Notes: generated from the sequence alone by a model not told the origin. 64,000 nt of DNA from Nitrosopumilus sp. (GCA_965218785.1 OZ244650.1:960001-1024000), one strand, 5' to 3'. Shown: positions 1 to 10,993, numbered from the stretch's first letter. Numbers and translations are program-made.

Positions 1-3000
1 GTTACAGTCAGATCTAACACGGCATCCTTTGATTCTGCCGGAACCACATCTGCTACCACAGTAGCAGTCCGCACGTCTGAAGAACTCTTTGGAGTGGCGG
101 ATTTTTTAAACTTTGAGATATCTGGCAACACGGTATCTGCTGCGATAATATCTGACCGTACCATAGCACTTACCGTGGATACGGAGATAACATCTGAGGA
201 TATGCTTACCGTATCCTATAAGGGCGACAACATACTAAACAGTCTGGATAACATCCTTGTACAATTTGAGGATAAACCCGTGACAAACAACGTGCCAGTT
301 ATTCCAGAAACCTCTTTGCCCCTTTCAGATAACTACCTAAGACACACCATGACGCATGTAGGCGGACAATATTACGTGTCAGGACATAATAGCTTGCGAT
401 ACGTTGATGACAGCCTAGAATATGATTATCATATGAATCTGTACCGCATAACTATTGATGGAATCCAACTAGAGGACACCGTCCAGCTGGAAATGGATCC
501 GATAATAGTAAACCCCCCTGAACTGTCGGATACCAACCCGCCATTTCCAGTCTCTTTTGCACCAATAGATGAAGATACGTTTGTAGCTGTGTATGGACAT
601 AATCAAGCATTAAACGTGTTGACATACGACATAATGTTGGTTACAGGCACCACTGATGATGCGGAGCTTGTTCCTTCGATTTCCAAGGTGAGCCTGGATA
701 CCGATGTGACCCCGTTTGATCCATCTCTTGTAAAATTCGATGATGACACGCTGGTACTTGCATATGCCGGCAGTGCAGGAGACGGGTATATCACGGCCAT
801 GTCTGTCTCGCAAACGGCCATAGAATTTGTAGGCTCGCCCCTGGAACATGATCCAGATCAGGGACGGTACAACTCGCTTGTAAAGCTGAATGATGATACC
901 GTGGTTCTGGCATATATGGGACAAAATGCCGACGGCCACATCAAGACATTTGATATTGGGACAGACAATACGATAATTCAGACGGATTCCCTTGAGCATA
1001 ATGAAACCGGAGACGTATCGTACAACTCGCTTGTAAAGGCAGATGATGATACCGTGGTTCTGGCATATACAGATTACAGTACTAACAGCGGACATTTAGT
1101 TGAATTTGACATAGATGACGACGGTATAATCACATCACCACGTGCCCCCCTGACGTATGTTGCCGTGGATAATACCGCACATGTCCCAGAGCGCCAGCAC
1201 TTTAACTCTCTTGTATTGGTGGATGATGGCACCCTGGCCCTGGCATACAGGGGTGCAGATGGCGACGGTTTTCTCCAGATATTTGATATGAGCAGTACTG
1301 GTCTGACTGCAAGGAATATTCTTGAGCATGACACAAGTTATGGTGCCTATAATGCCATGGTCAAAGTCAACCGTTCCACACTGGCACTTGTATACGGGGA
1401 AGCCCAGCGTGCAGTTGACGATCAGAGTCAGGTATCAAGTGCGATCAAGACACTCCAGGTTTCTGCAATTACAAATCTCCGCATCGAAATATCTGACTCT
1501 CCGACAATAACTGATGCCGCATCACTGCAACTGCACATTACCACCGCTGACACACTCACCATATCTGATGCCGTAACTGGCATGGGCAGTGTCGAAACAT
1601 CCGACTCTCCGACAATAACTGATGCCGCATCACTGCAACTGCACATTACCATCTCTGACACACCTGCCATATCCGATACCGTAACTGGCATGGGCAGCGT
1701 CGAAACATCCGACTCTCCGACAATAACTGATGCCGCATCACTGCAACTGCACATTACCATCTCTGACACACCTGCCATATCCGATACCGTAACTGGCATG
1801 GGCAGTACTGACACATCCGACTCTCCCGCAATAACTGATGCCGCATCACTGCAACTGCACATTACCATCTCTGACACACTCACCATATCTGATACCGTAA
1901 CTGGCATGGGCAGTACTGACACATCTGACTCTCCCGCAATAACTGATACCGTATCACTGCAACTGCACATTACCACCGCTGACACACTCACCATATCCGA
2001 TACCGTAACTGGCATGGGCAGTACTGACACATCTGACTCTCCCGTATTGGCCGATTCCGCATTACTGGAGATATCTGTCGCACTCTCTGACACACTCACC
2101 ATATCCGATACCGTAACTGGCATGGGCAGCGTCGAAACATCCGACTCCCCCGCAATAACTGATACCGTATCACTGCAACTGCACATTACCACCGCTGACA
2201 CACTCACCATATCCGATACCGTAACTGGCATGGGCAGTACTGACACATCTGACTCTCCCGTATTGGCCGATTCCGCATTACTGGAGATATCTGTCGCACT
2301 CTCTGACACACTCACCATATCCGATACCGTAACTGGCATGGGCAGCGTCGAAACATCCGACTCCCCCGCAATAACTGATACCGCATCACTGCAACTGCAC
2401 ATTACCACCGCTGACACACTCACCATATCCGATACCGTAACTGGCATGGGCAGTACTGACACATCTGACTCTCCCGTATTGGCCGATTCCGCATTACTGG
2501 AGATATCTGTCGCACTCTCTGACACACCTGCCATATCCGATACCGTAACTGGCATGGGCAGCGTCGAAACATCCGACTCCCCCGCAATAACTGATACCGT
2601 ATCACTGCAACTGCACATTACCACCGCTGACACACTCACCATATCCGATACCGTAACTGGCATGGGCAGTACTGACACATCTGACTCTCCCGTATTGGCC
2701 GATTCCGCATTACTGGAGATATCTGTCGCACTCTCTGACACACCTGCCATATCCGATACCGTAACTGGCATGGGCAGCGTCGAAACATCCGACTCCCCCG
2801 CAATAACTGATACCGTATCACTGCAACTGCACATTACCGCCGCTGACACACCTGCTATATCAGATGAATCAGACATGCAGACCATGGGTGCCATCAGCGG
2901 ATCTGACTCTCCGACAATAACTGATATCGTATCACTGCAACTGCACATTACCGCCGCTGACACACCTGCCATATCCGATACCGTAACTGGCATGGGCAGC

Positions 3001-4818
3001 GTCGAAACATCCGACTCTCCGACAATAACTGATACCGCATCACTGCAACTGCACATTACCGCCGCTGACACACTCGCCATATCCGATACCGTAACTGGCA
3101 TGGGCAGTACTGACACATCTGACTCTCCCGTATTGGCCGATTCCGCATTACTGGAGATATCTGTCGCACTCTCTGACACACCTGCCATATCCGATACCGT
3201 AACTGGCATGGGCAGTACTGACACATCTGACTCCCCCGCAATAACTGATACCGCATCACTGCAACTGCACATTACCGCCGCTGACACACTCACCATATCC
3301 GATACCGTAACTGGCATGGGCAGTACTGACACATCTGACTCTCCCGTATTGGCCGATTCCGCATTACTGGAGATATCTGTCGCACTCTCTGACACACCTG
3401 CCATATCTGATACCGTAACTGGCATGGGCAGCGTCGAAACATCCGACTCTCCGACAATAACTGATGCCGCATCATTGAAATTCCTCATCACATCCACTGA
3501 CACACCTGCCATCTCGGATGAATCAGACATGCAGATCATGGGTGCCATCAGTGGATCTGACTCCCCCGCAATAACTGATGCCGCATCACTGAAACTATCC
3601 GTCGCACTCTCTGATTCCCCTGTAATATCAGATGTGGTAAGCGGTATGGGAACCATTACTGAATCAGATTCCCCCGCAATAACTGATGCCGCATCACTGA
3701 AACTATCCGTCGCACTCTCTGATTCCCCTGTAATATCAGATGTGGTAAGCGGTATGGGAACCATTACTGAATCAGACTCCCCCGCAATAACGGACTCTGT
3801 ATCACTATTATCTACATCCCCCTCTCCGGATACAAATCCTCCACCTGTACCTCCGGTTACACCAACGACACCTGTTACTGTCCCATCCACTGAAACCGGT
3901 GGCGGTGACCGCGGCGGCGGTGGCGGCGGCGGTGGTGGCGGCAATGTCGGCGGCACCCGTGCCGGTATCGGCAATCCTGGAGGTCATGGAGGAGGAGGCC
4001 TGCGCTATGACGTGTCCTATAACTTTACATCCAACAACGTAAACGTACTGACTGATTTATCACAGATAAGAATAGAACCAAATACGCTCCTTACAATAAC
4101 GCCACATGTGCTGCCACTTGATGCACGTCAGAAGATCTTGCAGATGGAGGTAATCGTCACGGATAATTCAACACTGCAATATTCTGACGCCGTGATACAA
4201 TACACGTCACTTTCAAATGTTCTCACACATGACAAATGCAGTGGCAATGAACACAAGTCAAACCGTCTTTATGTCTGTGATACCTCTTCACTTGTATCTG
4301 AGACGCAGACATCGTACTCTGAATCCCGCACGCAGATCTCAAAGCAATTAAAAAGTATGATGATACACTTTGAAGAAGAATTTTCAGGCAGTCTCAGCAT
4401 ATTCCTGCATGATACCCGTGGAACGCTACTCTCTTCGCACAATAACACCACATATGATATTATTGTAGAATCGTCTGGGCCTAAACTAGAGTCTGTATCC
4501 TGGATGGATCCCGAACCGATCCCAGTTGATCCTGAACCTGTGGATGTGATTTACATGGATCCTGTTCTAGTCTCAATGGATCCTGAACCGATCCCGATGG
4601 ATCCTGAACCGATCCCGATGGATCCTGAACCGATCCCGATGGATCCTGAACCAACAGATGACCGTAACATCTTTGAAAAGTTCCTAGGATTATTACTATC
4701 GCTGTTTGGACTCTCAGATCTAGACCGAGTTTGGAATCAAATAATGATCACATCGAATTATTTGCAGATACAGTACAATTCCGGCATGACTGCGTTTGGG
4801 ATCTCCCATGTGCCCTGA
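1..4818 (+). CDS. Giant repetitive surface protein, paralogue A (5'-truncated by window): SwmB-like domain, beta-propeller of YNSLVKxDDDTVVLAY repeats, SDSP-repeat stalk, poly-Gly, shared C-terminal module
   Basis: Frame is open from base 1 (VTVRSNTASFDSAG...) into the 1574-aa ORF at 94. About six S-L-V-K-x-D-D-D-T-x-V-L-A-Y repeats. C-terminal domain clearly homologous to ORFs 19255 and 25004. Confidence 0.9.
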   Translation, partial: VTVRSNTASFDSAGTTSATTVAVRTSEELFGVADFLNFEISGNTVSAAIISDRTIALTVDTEITSEDMLTVSYKGDNILNSLDNILVQFEDKPVTNNVPVIPETSLPLSDNYLRHTMTHVGGQYYVSGHNSLRYVDDSLEYDYHMNLYRITIDGIQLEDTVQLEMDPIIVNPPELSDTNPPFPVSFAPIDEDTFVAVYGHNQALNVLTYDIMLVTGTTDDAELVPSISKVSLDTDVTPFDPSLVKFDDDTLVLAYAGSAGDGYITAMSVSQTAIEFVGSPLEHDPDQGRYNSLVKLNDDTVVLAYMGQNADGHIKTFDIGTDNTIIQTDSLEHNETGDVSYNSLVKADDDTVVLAYTDYSTNSGHLVEFDIDDDGIITSPRAPLTYVAVDNTAHVPERQHFNSLVLVDDGTLALAYRGADGDGFLQIFDMSSTGLTARNILEHDTSYGAYNAMVKVNRSTLALVYGEAQRAVDDQSQVSSAIKTLQVSAITNLRIEISDSPTITDAASLQLHITTADTLTISDAVTGMGSVETSDSPTITDAASLQLHITISDTPAISDTVTGMGSVETSDSPTITDAASLQLHITISDTPAISDTVTGMGSTDTSDSPAITDAASLQLHITISDTLTISDTVTGMGSTDTSDSPAITDTVSLQLHITTADTLTISDTVTGMGSTDTSDSPVLADSALLEISVALSDTLTISDTVTGMGSVETSDSPAITDTVSLQLHITTADTLTISDTVTGMGSTDTSDSPVLADSALLEISVALSDTLTISDTVTGMGSVETSDSPAITDTASLQLHITTADTLTISDTVTGMGSTDTSDSPVLADSALLEISVALSDTPAISDTVTGMGSVETSDSPAITDTVSLQLHITTADTLTISDTVTGMGSTDTSDSPVLADSALLEISVALSDTPAISDTVTGMGSVETSDSPAITDTVSLQLHITAADTPAISDESDMQTMGAISGSDSPTITDIVSLQLHITAADTPAISDTVTGMGSVETSDSPTITDTASLQLHITAADTLAISDTVTGMGSTDTSDSPVLADSALLEISVALSDTPAISDTVTGMGSTDTSDSPAITDTASLQLHITAADTLTISDTVTGMGSTDTSDSPVLADSALLEISVALSDTPAISDTVTGMGSVETSDSPTITDAASLKFLITSTDTPAISDESDMQIMGAISGSDSPAITDAASLKLSVALSDSPVISDVVSGMGTITESDSPAITDAASLKLSVALSDSPVISDVVSGMGTITESDSPAITDSVSLLSTSPSPDTNPPPVPPVTPTTPVTVPSTETGGGDRGGGGGGGGGGNVGGTRAGIGNPGGHGGGGLRYDVSYNFTSNNVNVLTDLSQIRIEPNTLLTITPHVLPLDARQKILQMEVIVTDNSTLQYSDAVIQYTSLSNVLTHDKCSGNEHKSNRLYVCDTSSLVSETQTSYSESRTQISKQLKSMMIHFEEEFSGSLSIFLHDTRGTLLSSHNNTTYDIIVESSGPKLESVSWMDPEPIPVDPEPVDVIYMDPVLVSMDPEPIPMDPEPIPMDPEPIPMDPEPTDDRNIFEKFLGLLLSLFGLSDLDRVWNQIMITSNYLQIQYNSGMTAFGISHVP
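1492..3810 (+). repeat. Coding tandem repeat: 54-bp (18-aa) units arranged as 108-bp dimers and 216-bp higher-order units
   Basis: GTAACTGGCATGGGCAG recurs every 108 bp (1573, 1681, 1789, 1897...). Peptide alternates SDSPxITDxxSLQLHITx and xDTxxISDTVTGMGSxxT. Confidence 0.95.
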
Positions 4819-5090
4819 AGAATGATGACATTCTGAATCTGCATGCAATCAAAAACAGGACAGATGACATCTTCTGTCATAAACGAATGTTCACACCATC
4901 TTGATCTGGAAAAAATACGCCGTATGCTCAATCAGTAGAATCTTTAGTAGATAACAGCAATTTGATAATGTAATTTTCTGTCTGTTATCTCTAAGGATTC
5001 TCCCGGATTGTGATCTATAAAGATTGTGGACGAATGGATCTTTGATGCCAGATAACGGTCATTTGTTGGGATGCATATCCTTGATTACGC

Positions 5091-6764
5091 CTAAAGATCC
5101 GGGCTGGTGACTGCGCCTTTTGCAGCAGAACCTACCAATGTGGCATACTTTGCAAGGGCCCCTGATGTGTAGTTGGGCTTGGGCCGGCTCCACTGCTCCC
5201 TTCTACCTTTCATCTCCTCTTCTGATATGTGAAGATCAATCGTGTTGGTTTCAGTATCTATTGTTATCTCGTCATCGTCTTTTACTAGTGCAATCGGACC
5301 GCCCACATATGCCTCTGGCGCGACATGACCCACCATAAATCCGCGAGTTCCGCCAGAAAATCTCCCATCTGTGACCATGGCCACTTTTTTACCAAGACCC
5401 TGTCCGACTAGTGCTGCAGTTGTGGCCAGCATCTCCCTCATTCCCGGTCCCCCCTTTGGTCCCTCATATCTGATTACCATTACGTGGCCCTCGTCAATCC
5501 CGCCTTTTGATACTGCATCAAATGCGAACTCTTCCCTGTCAAACACCTTGGCCCTTCCGGTAAACTTTGTCATTTCCATCCCTGCCGTCTTTATCACGGC
5601 CCCCTCTGGTGCCAAACTGCCCTTGAGAATCACCGCGGTTCCAACCGCATGTATGGGATTTTCAGTTGATCTTACGATGTTTTGCTCCCCTTTTGGAATG
5701 TTTATTGAAACAAGATTTTCCTTGATTGTTTTTCCAGTTACGGTAATACAGTCCCCATTTAACAGTCCCTTGTCTAATAATTTTTTTAACACGAGTGGTA
5801 TCCCGCCAATCTTGTCAAGCGAGTTCATTACATAATTTCCGCCAGGTTTCATGTCTGCCAGATGCGGCGTCTTTTTCCTTATTCTTTCAAAATCATCATA
5901 ACTCAAGCTAATGTCCACCTCGTTTGCCAGAGCAAGCAAATGCAGTATTCCGTTCGTCGAGCCTCCAACGGAGTTCAACATTATTATGGCATTCTCAAAG
6001 GCTTCAAACGATAAAATCTCCTTGGGTCTTATGTTGCTCTCCAGTAACTTTGCACATGCCACCCCCGTATCATAAACCGTTTTGTCCCTTCTGCTGTCCT
6101 CAGCAGGCGGACTGGCACTACCTGGCAGTGCCAAACCGATCGCCTCGGAGATGGATGCCATGGTGTTTGCAGTAAACATGCCCCCGCAGGATCCCGCATT
6201 CGGGCACGCCGTATCCTCTATATTTTTTAATCCCTCAAGTGATAGTTTGCCCGCATCATATGCGCCAACTGCCTCGTACACGTCCACTACTGTTAATTCC
6301 CGGCCATCAAGAATTCCCGGCATGATGGTCCCGCCATAAACGAACACAGACGGAATGTTCAGTCTTGCCATGGCCATCATCGTTCCAGGCAGACTCTTGT
6401 CACAACCTGCGATTCCCACCAAGGCATCATACTGGTGGGCTCGTACCATTAGTTCGATTGAATCGGCAATCACCTCGCGGGAAACCAGCGATGACTTCAT
6501 TCCTTCGTGACCCATTGCAATCCCGTCACTTACTGCAATCGTTGAAAATTCCCTCGGCGTTGCACCTGCATCTGAGACCCCCTCCTTAGCTTTTAGGGCC
6601 AGTCTTGGAAGATGGATGTTACATGGCGTTGCTTCATTTCCGGTATGACAGACACCTATGAACTGTTTTGATAAATCATCGTCGCCGAGTCCCATGGCCT
6701 TGTACATCGCCCTTTGTGGCGCCCTTGATGTCCCCTCTACAACGTTTCTGCTGGAAATTTCCAT
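5091..6764 (-). CDS. ilvD: Dihydroxy-acid dehydratase
   Basis: 557 aa with [42 protein letters not shown] and TDGRFSG motifs. Confidence 0.97.
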   Translation of the reverse strand: MEISSRNVVEGTSRAPQRAMYKAMGLGDDDLSKQFIGVCHTGNEATPCNIHLPRLALKAKEGVSDAGATPREFSTIAVSDGIAMGHEGMKSSLVSREVIADSIELMVRAHQYDALVGIAGCDKSLPGTMMAMARLNIPSVFVYGGTIMPGILDGRELTVVDVYEAVGAYDAGKLSLEGLKNIEDTACPNAGSCGGMFTANTMASISEAIGLALPGSASPPAEDSRRDKTVYDTGVACAKLLESNIRPKEILSFEAFENAIIMLNSVGGSTNGILHLLALANEVDISLSYDDFERIRKKTPHLADMKPGGNYVMNSLDKIGGIPLVLKKLLDKGLLNGDCITVTGKTIKENLVSINIPKGEQNIVRSTENPIHAVGTAVILKGSLAPEGAVIKTAGMEMTKFTGRAKVFDREEFAFDAVSKGGIDEGHVMVIRYEGPKGGPGMREMLATTAALVGQGLGKKVAMVTDGRFSGGTRGFMVGHVAPEAYVGGPIALVKDDDEITIDTETNTIDLHISEEEMKGRREQWSRPKPNYTSGALAKYATLVGSAAKGAVTSPDL

Positions 6765-6804
6765 AATATGATTCTGCGTTTACTATGATTTAGACCTGTT
6801 GGTA

Positions 6805-7407
6805 TTACCGTTTTATCAGTATCTGGTTTTCTAGTTCCGACAAGTACGCATCTATCTCTTCGGGCGTCTCTGCACCGTATAAGATCAGGATTCTGTCGTC
6901 TTCCATAACCTCATAATCCCTGATGTCTGAAACAGGCTCCCTGTTAATGAAGAATCTCAGCACGTTCTCATCCTGCGTACAGTAGGATCTTCCATCAGTA
7001 AACACGTAACACTGATCATCAAGACCTATCTTTATCGACTCGAATAGATATCCTAACTTGACTCCCGTGGCATGTTTGTGGACTGTCGTGCCGTCTCTTC
7101 CCTCAAAATGAATCCAGGGCGTCTTTATCTGATAAGCCTCGTTTGAAAAGTCAAACTGGTCCCCAAAAATCCTTACTAGTAATGCCGCATGATCATGTGC
7201 GCTGCCACGCGGTCCTACGTTCTCTGGCCCTCCGGCTTCTGCCCCCGGTTCCATGGTTACAAACAGGTATACAGAATATCCGACAATAACTCCTATTACT
7301 GCAAAGACACCCACTGCAATCAGTGTCTGCTTTCTCTTTGCCGCTGAATGTTTTGTAGCATAATTTTCACGTTTTTCTTCACGTTCCCTTCTTTCTTTTC
7401 GTCCCAT
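6805..7407 (-). CDS. Conserved thaumarchaeal membrane-anchored protein with His-rich extracytoplasmic domain
   Basis: Basic N-terminus, one TM helix, then HDHA, IHFE..VHKHA and a Cys pair. Function not assignable. Confidence 0.75.
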   Translation of the reverse strand: MGRKERREREEKRENYATKHSAAKRKQTLIAVGVFAVIGVIVGYSVYLFVTMEPGAEAGGPENVGPRGSAHDHAALLVRIFGDQFDFSNEAYQIKTPWIHFEGRDGTTVHKHATGVKLGYLFESIKIGLDDQCYVFTDGRSYCTQDENVLRFFINREPVSDIRDYEVMEDDRILILYGAETPEEIDAYLSELENQILIKR

Positions 7408-7870
7408 GAGATGAATTGATTCTAAAATTTACCCTAATTAACCATTCGATAAATGCGGTCTTTTCAGTGTGTGTGTCTTGAGTATGTACATCTGGAACTG
7501 CTTGGGCTGTCTATTTCCGGCATATTTTGCCACCTGGAATCATCTCCTTTTTCTGAGGAATTTGAGGCATGCTGGAATGATTAATCCGGAAAACAACTGG
7601 TTTTTTATGCGCTGGATGTTTTCAGGATCGAGTTATTTGGTGCTGATTCTGGTTTGTGGATTAACTCTAGTCTTTTTTGAGGTAGATCTGCTTTACAAGT
7701 GGTGTTTTATCCATTTTATTCAAAAAATGTATGCGTGTGATACCTCATTTAGTTGAGAATTTACCAAATTACCATTTGCAAATTCACATCTAAAACTGGT
7801 TTATTATCCCGGCATTCTCCATTCGAACATGTCATTGTAATTTTGTGCCTAAAACCATGAGGTATTGCCA

Positions 7871-7920
7871 TATAACGAATTTGTTATATAACAAATTTGT
7901 TATATAACAAAAGTGTTATA
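7871..7920. promoter_or_regulatory. Triple tandem 16-bp palindromic element (TATAACAAATTTGTTA), probable operator array
   Basis: tataacgaatttgtta-tataacaaatttgtta-tataacaaaagtgtta-ta. The middle unit plus TA is a perfect 18-bp palindrome. It lies 8 bp before the ATG at 7929. Confidence 0.6.
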
Positions 7921-7928
7921 CAAATTAG

Positions 7929-8072
7929 ATGGATATGATAGTCGGAGATGTTGTAACTGGAGATAATCTTTTTGGCAGGAAGATTTCTTACGAATTTGAA
8001 GGCAGCCAACGTAAGGCCGTATTGAATATGCTGGATCTTTTTACACGTCAAAAAACCCTGCCTCTTGTATAA
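7929..8072 (+). pseudogene. Truncated N-terminus of a probable P-loop (archaeal/AAA-type) ATPase
   Basis: 47-aa ORF MDMIVGDVVTGDNLFGRK... resembles the G-x-x-V-x-G-x-x-F-x-G-R start of such ATPases. No Walker A follows. Confidence 0.45.
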
Positions 8073-8164
8073 CTTGAAAATATCTTCTTGTCTATCCATA
8101 AAGAGGGCAAAGATACGTCTCCCCACGATAAAAACAATAAATAAAATCACGAGATAGTATCCTT

Positions 8165-8572
8165 ATGGGATGTCTTTTTTGTGATATTTTGGATGGTAAC
8201 AGGGACGGACATTTCCTATACCGCGATGACGCCCACGTCGCCTTTTTAGACAAATATCCTATTGATAATGGCCACAGCCTGGTAATTCCCAGAAAACACC
8301 ATGAAAAAATAACCGATATGAGTCCTGCAGACGTCGGGGATCTTTTCACGATTATTCCAAAAATTGCAGCGGCGGTTCTAACTGCGACGGGGGCAGACGC
8401 ATTCAGTATCGGTCAGAACAACGGACGCGCCGCCAAGCAGATTATCCCACATGTTCATGTCCACATCATTCCAAGATATGCCAGCAAGGGCACGGTGTGG
8501 ACAAAACGCCGGATCCCAGATGATGCGGAACTTGCAGGGCTTGCCGCAAAAATTAGCAGTCTTCTTACCTAG
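8165..8572 (+). CDS. HIT family protein
   Basis: N-terminal CLFC, GHSLVIP and HVHVHIIPR histidine triad. Confidence 0.95.
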   Translation: MGCLFCDILDGNRDGHFLYRDDAHVAFLDKYPIDNGHSLVIPRKHHEKITDMSPADVGDLFTIIPKIAAAVLTATGADAFSIGQNNGRAAKQIIPHVHVHIIPRYASKGTVWTKRRIPDDAELAGLAAKISSLLT

Positions 8573-9851
8573 TATGATCCGGATTATATCTTAAAATCGC
8601 ACCCACCTTTCCAAGACTTGCAAGCTGCTGCCCGTGCTCTGCATTTCCTGAAACCACCTCCAGCTGCGAACCAGTCTTGGCCGCAAGTATTTCAAGATAA
8701 TCCACAATGTCCTGCTCGTTTGCCTCCATCTCCATTGCGTTGCACTCGGGGCACGGCTTTGTCGTATACTCTGTTTTTTTTGGAATTACCTGCGGTCTCT
8801 CTACAATTTCCTCCTCTGTGTGCTTGCATCTCCTGCACTTTCCCTCGACCCTGTGCAGATTCGTGTTATCTGTAATGATCAGCGTTTTAACAACATTGTT
8901 TTTTAGATACTCGATAATCTCCTGCAGTCCGTAGGCACCTTTCCCTGAATGTGTGCTTATCTCCCTGATTAAATCCTCAACAAGTTTTGTCTCCTCCACC
9001 ATTCTAAAACTTGACAGGATGTCGGCGGATTTGCGGAATGCCTCCCTGATTCCATCCCCCCCCGAGTATGATGCGTCAATCGTGTTTATTATCATGTTTT
9101 GTAACCTGTATTCCAGATAATTTCCATTTATGAAATCCTCTTTTGTAGGTCCCGGCCCCGAGATTACCAGCCCCTTTATCTGATAAATGTCTATGAAATA
9201 TTCCCTTGTTGTTTCTGCAACACGGTTGTAATAGTATGTCAGCTCCATCTCCCTGAGTTTTTGAAATCTTTTTGCAGACTGTCCGCCCTGCCTGTGCTTT
9301 CCTGCCACTCCCGAACCAGTCTGGGTTAACACCTCGATCTTGTCCCCGTGTAACAGCCCCCAACCGGCATCCTTTGCATCAATTGCCAGAAATCCAATCA
9401 GGTTGTCGTCTTTTAGCATGTCCTTTAGAATGTCGACATGAAAATGATCGTCGCATCTGTACAGGTACTGGTTCAGGTCCTTTGGAGGATCAATCTCCCA
9501 GACCCTCACCTCCTCCTTGCCTAGCGGGCCTCCCCCCTCCGGTGGCAGCGCACCGCAAAACATCACCAGTCCCTTCTCCGGGGTTTTCTTGTACAGTTTT
9601 AGCCTCTGAATCACCTTTCCCAGCGAATCAACCACGTGCGTCCTGGTAAGATCCGACTTTATGTTGTCTGCAGTCCCCTGCTCCTGCTGCAGCGAGTTGA
9701 TAATCTCGTGGAGCTGCTTGCCCTTTGGAATGTATACCGTAATCAGCTCAGTCCCCCTTCCTGATTTTTGGGCCAGCTCTTCTAGGGTTTTTCTAATCTT
9801 GTAGACCTTGACTGAATCCTGCTTTTCAACATCTAATTTCTTTTTCTTCAT
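8565..9851 (-). CDS. prf1: Peptide chain release factor aRF1
   Basis: NIKS and GGQS motifs, YxCD, C-terminal CxxC..CxxC insertion. Confidence 0.97.
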   Translation of the reverse strand: MKKKKLDVEKQDSVKVYKIRKTLEELAQKSGRGTELITVYIPKGKQLHEIINSLQQEQGTADNIKSDLTRTHVVDSLGKVIQRLKLYKKTPEKGLVMFCGALPPEGGGPLGKEEVRVWEIDPPKDLNQYLYRCDDHFHVDILKDMLKDDNLIGFLAIDAKDAGWGLLHGDKIEVLTQTGSGVAGKHRQGGQSAKRFQKLREMELTYYYNRVAETTREYFIDIYQIKGLVISGPGPTKEDFINGNYLEYRLQNMIINTIDASYSGGDGIREAFRKSADILSSFRMVEETKLVEDLIREISTHSGKGAYGLQEIIEYLKNNVVKTLIITDNTNLHRVEGKCRRCKHTEEEIVERPQVIPKKTEYTTKPCPECNAMEMEANEQDIVDYLEILAAKTGSQLEVVSGNAEHGQQLASLGKVGAILRYNPDHTR

Positions 9852-9907
9852 CTGTATCTCCTTTAATCATACGAATATTAATTTTAATTGATTTGGCTGT
9901 TTTATAA

Positions 9908-10549
9908 TCACAACTCGTCAAATGCTTTTAGAAACGCCTCCAGCGGCTGGTTTCCCCTGATTGGGATGATTTTTTGATCATTGAAGACCAAAAACGACGG
10001 GGTGGCATCTATTCCTATCTCCCGCCCGAACTCGTAGAGTGCCTCCACCCTTTCCTGATGTCTTTGCTCGTCCAGACACGCATTAAACTCCGTCAGATTC
10101 AAACCCACATCCGATGCAAACCCGTCAAGCGAGTCCCTTGTTATCCATCCAGTCCTTTCACCACCCCAGTTTCTGTAGATTTCATCGTGATACTGCCAGT
10201 ATCTTCCCTGATCATCTGCACAGTAGGAGGCCTCTGCTGCCAATCTAGAGTCCGGACCGTTTAATGGAAAATCCTTGAAGATGAGTCTTACCTTTCCCGT
10301 ACTGATATGGTCCTGATAAATTACATCCAGCGTGCTTTGATGAAATCTGTAGCAATACGTGCATTGGTAATCACCCCACTCCAAAATCGTAATCTGTGCA
10401 TCTGCATCCCCCAATATCGGGGATCCACCATCAATTAATTTGGAGACGACCAACGGATTTGAATCGTCTTCTGCAAGATAGACTGCCAAAAATATTCCTG
10501 TTATGACCCCTACTGCTACGGGTATGAAAAGCAGGTAGGATTTCATCAT
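9908..10549 (-). CDS. DsbA-family thioredoxin-fold protein, membrane anchored
   Basis: WGDYQCTYC active site, cis-Pro ATPSF, N-terminal TM. ATG at 10549 preferred over GTG at 10588. Confidence 0.9.
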   Translation of the reverse strand: MMKSYLLFIPVAVGVITGIFLAVYLAEDDSNPLVVSKLIDGGSPILGDADAQITILEWGDYQCTYCYRFHQSTLDVIYQDHISTGKVRLIFKDFPLNGPDSRLAAEASYCADDQGRYWQYHDEIYRNWGGERTGWITRDSLDGFASDVGLNLTEFNACLDEQRHQERVEALYEFGREIGIDATPSFLVFNDQKIIPIRGNQPLEAFLKAFDEL

Positions 10550-10993
10550 GGATATGCCATCTGTTACAAGTATTAAATCTAGTAACACCCGTTCAGACTT
10601 TGGTTTTTAGAAATCTCCCCTCTTGTGGTTCTCTTGCAATGCTGTCGTTAATCATGATTTCGTGGTGTTTTACCACTTGTTTGCCCCATATGGTTTTTCC
10701 ATATTTTTGAATTGAAACACGTCTGTCTGAGCACAGTTCACTGATTGCTTTGTGTTTTTTTAGATGGATCCGTTTGAATTATTACTCTGCATGATCCCAT
10801 GGATCAATTATAGATCTGCTAATCATGCGGGATCGGACATATTTCTTATCACCTGATCTCCCACAGAACCGCCCATTTTAGTAATATTTTATGAAAAAAA
10901 TATCTCAAAAAGACAGGTATGTGGATCCTGCCCCTCGATCAGGTGTTTTCCTTATAAATTCTGCACGACAACCAAGAGCTTAAATATATTCAG

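Noticed and set aside
1492-3810. Regularly spaced repeats as a CRISPR array
   Set aside because: The units are in-frame coding repeats without unique spacers, and no cas genes are present.
1428-3974. 848-aa minus-strand ORF and similar antisense ORFs over paralogues B and C
   Set aside because: Shadow frames of low-complexity repeats. The plus-strand proteins have coherent domains, and the antisense frames are broken in the other paralogues.
7469-7756. 95-aa ORF and other short overlapping ORFs in intergenic regions
   Set aside because: Atypical composition and no motif or context support.
10590-10993. Cobalamin riboswitch upstream of cbtBA
   Set aside because: No recognisable B12-box or conserved core by eye, and a TATA-like box sits close to the start codon. 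An Rfam scan would settle it.
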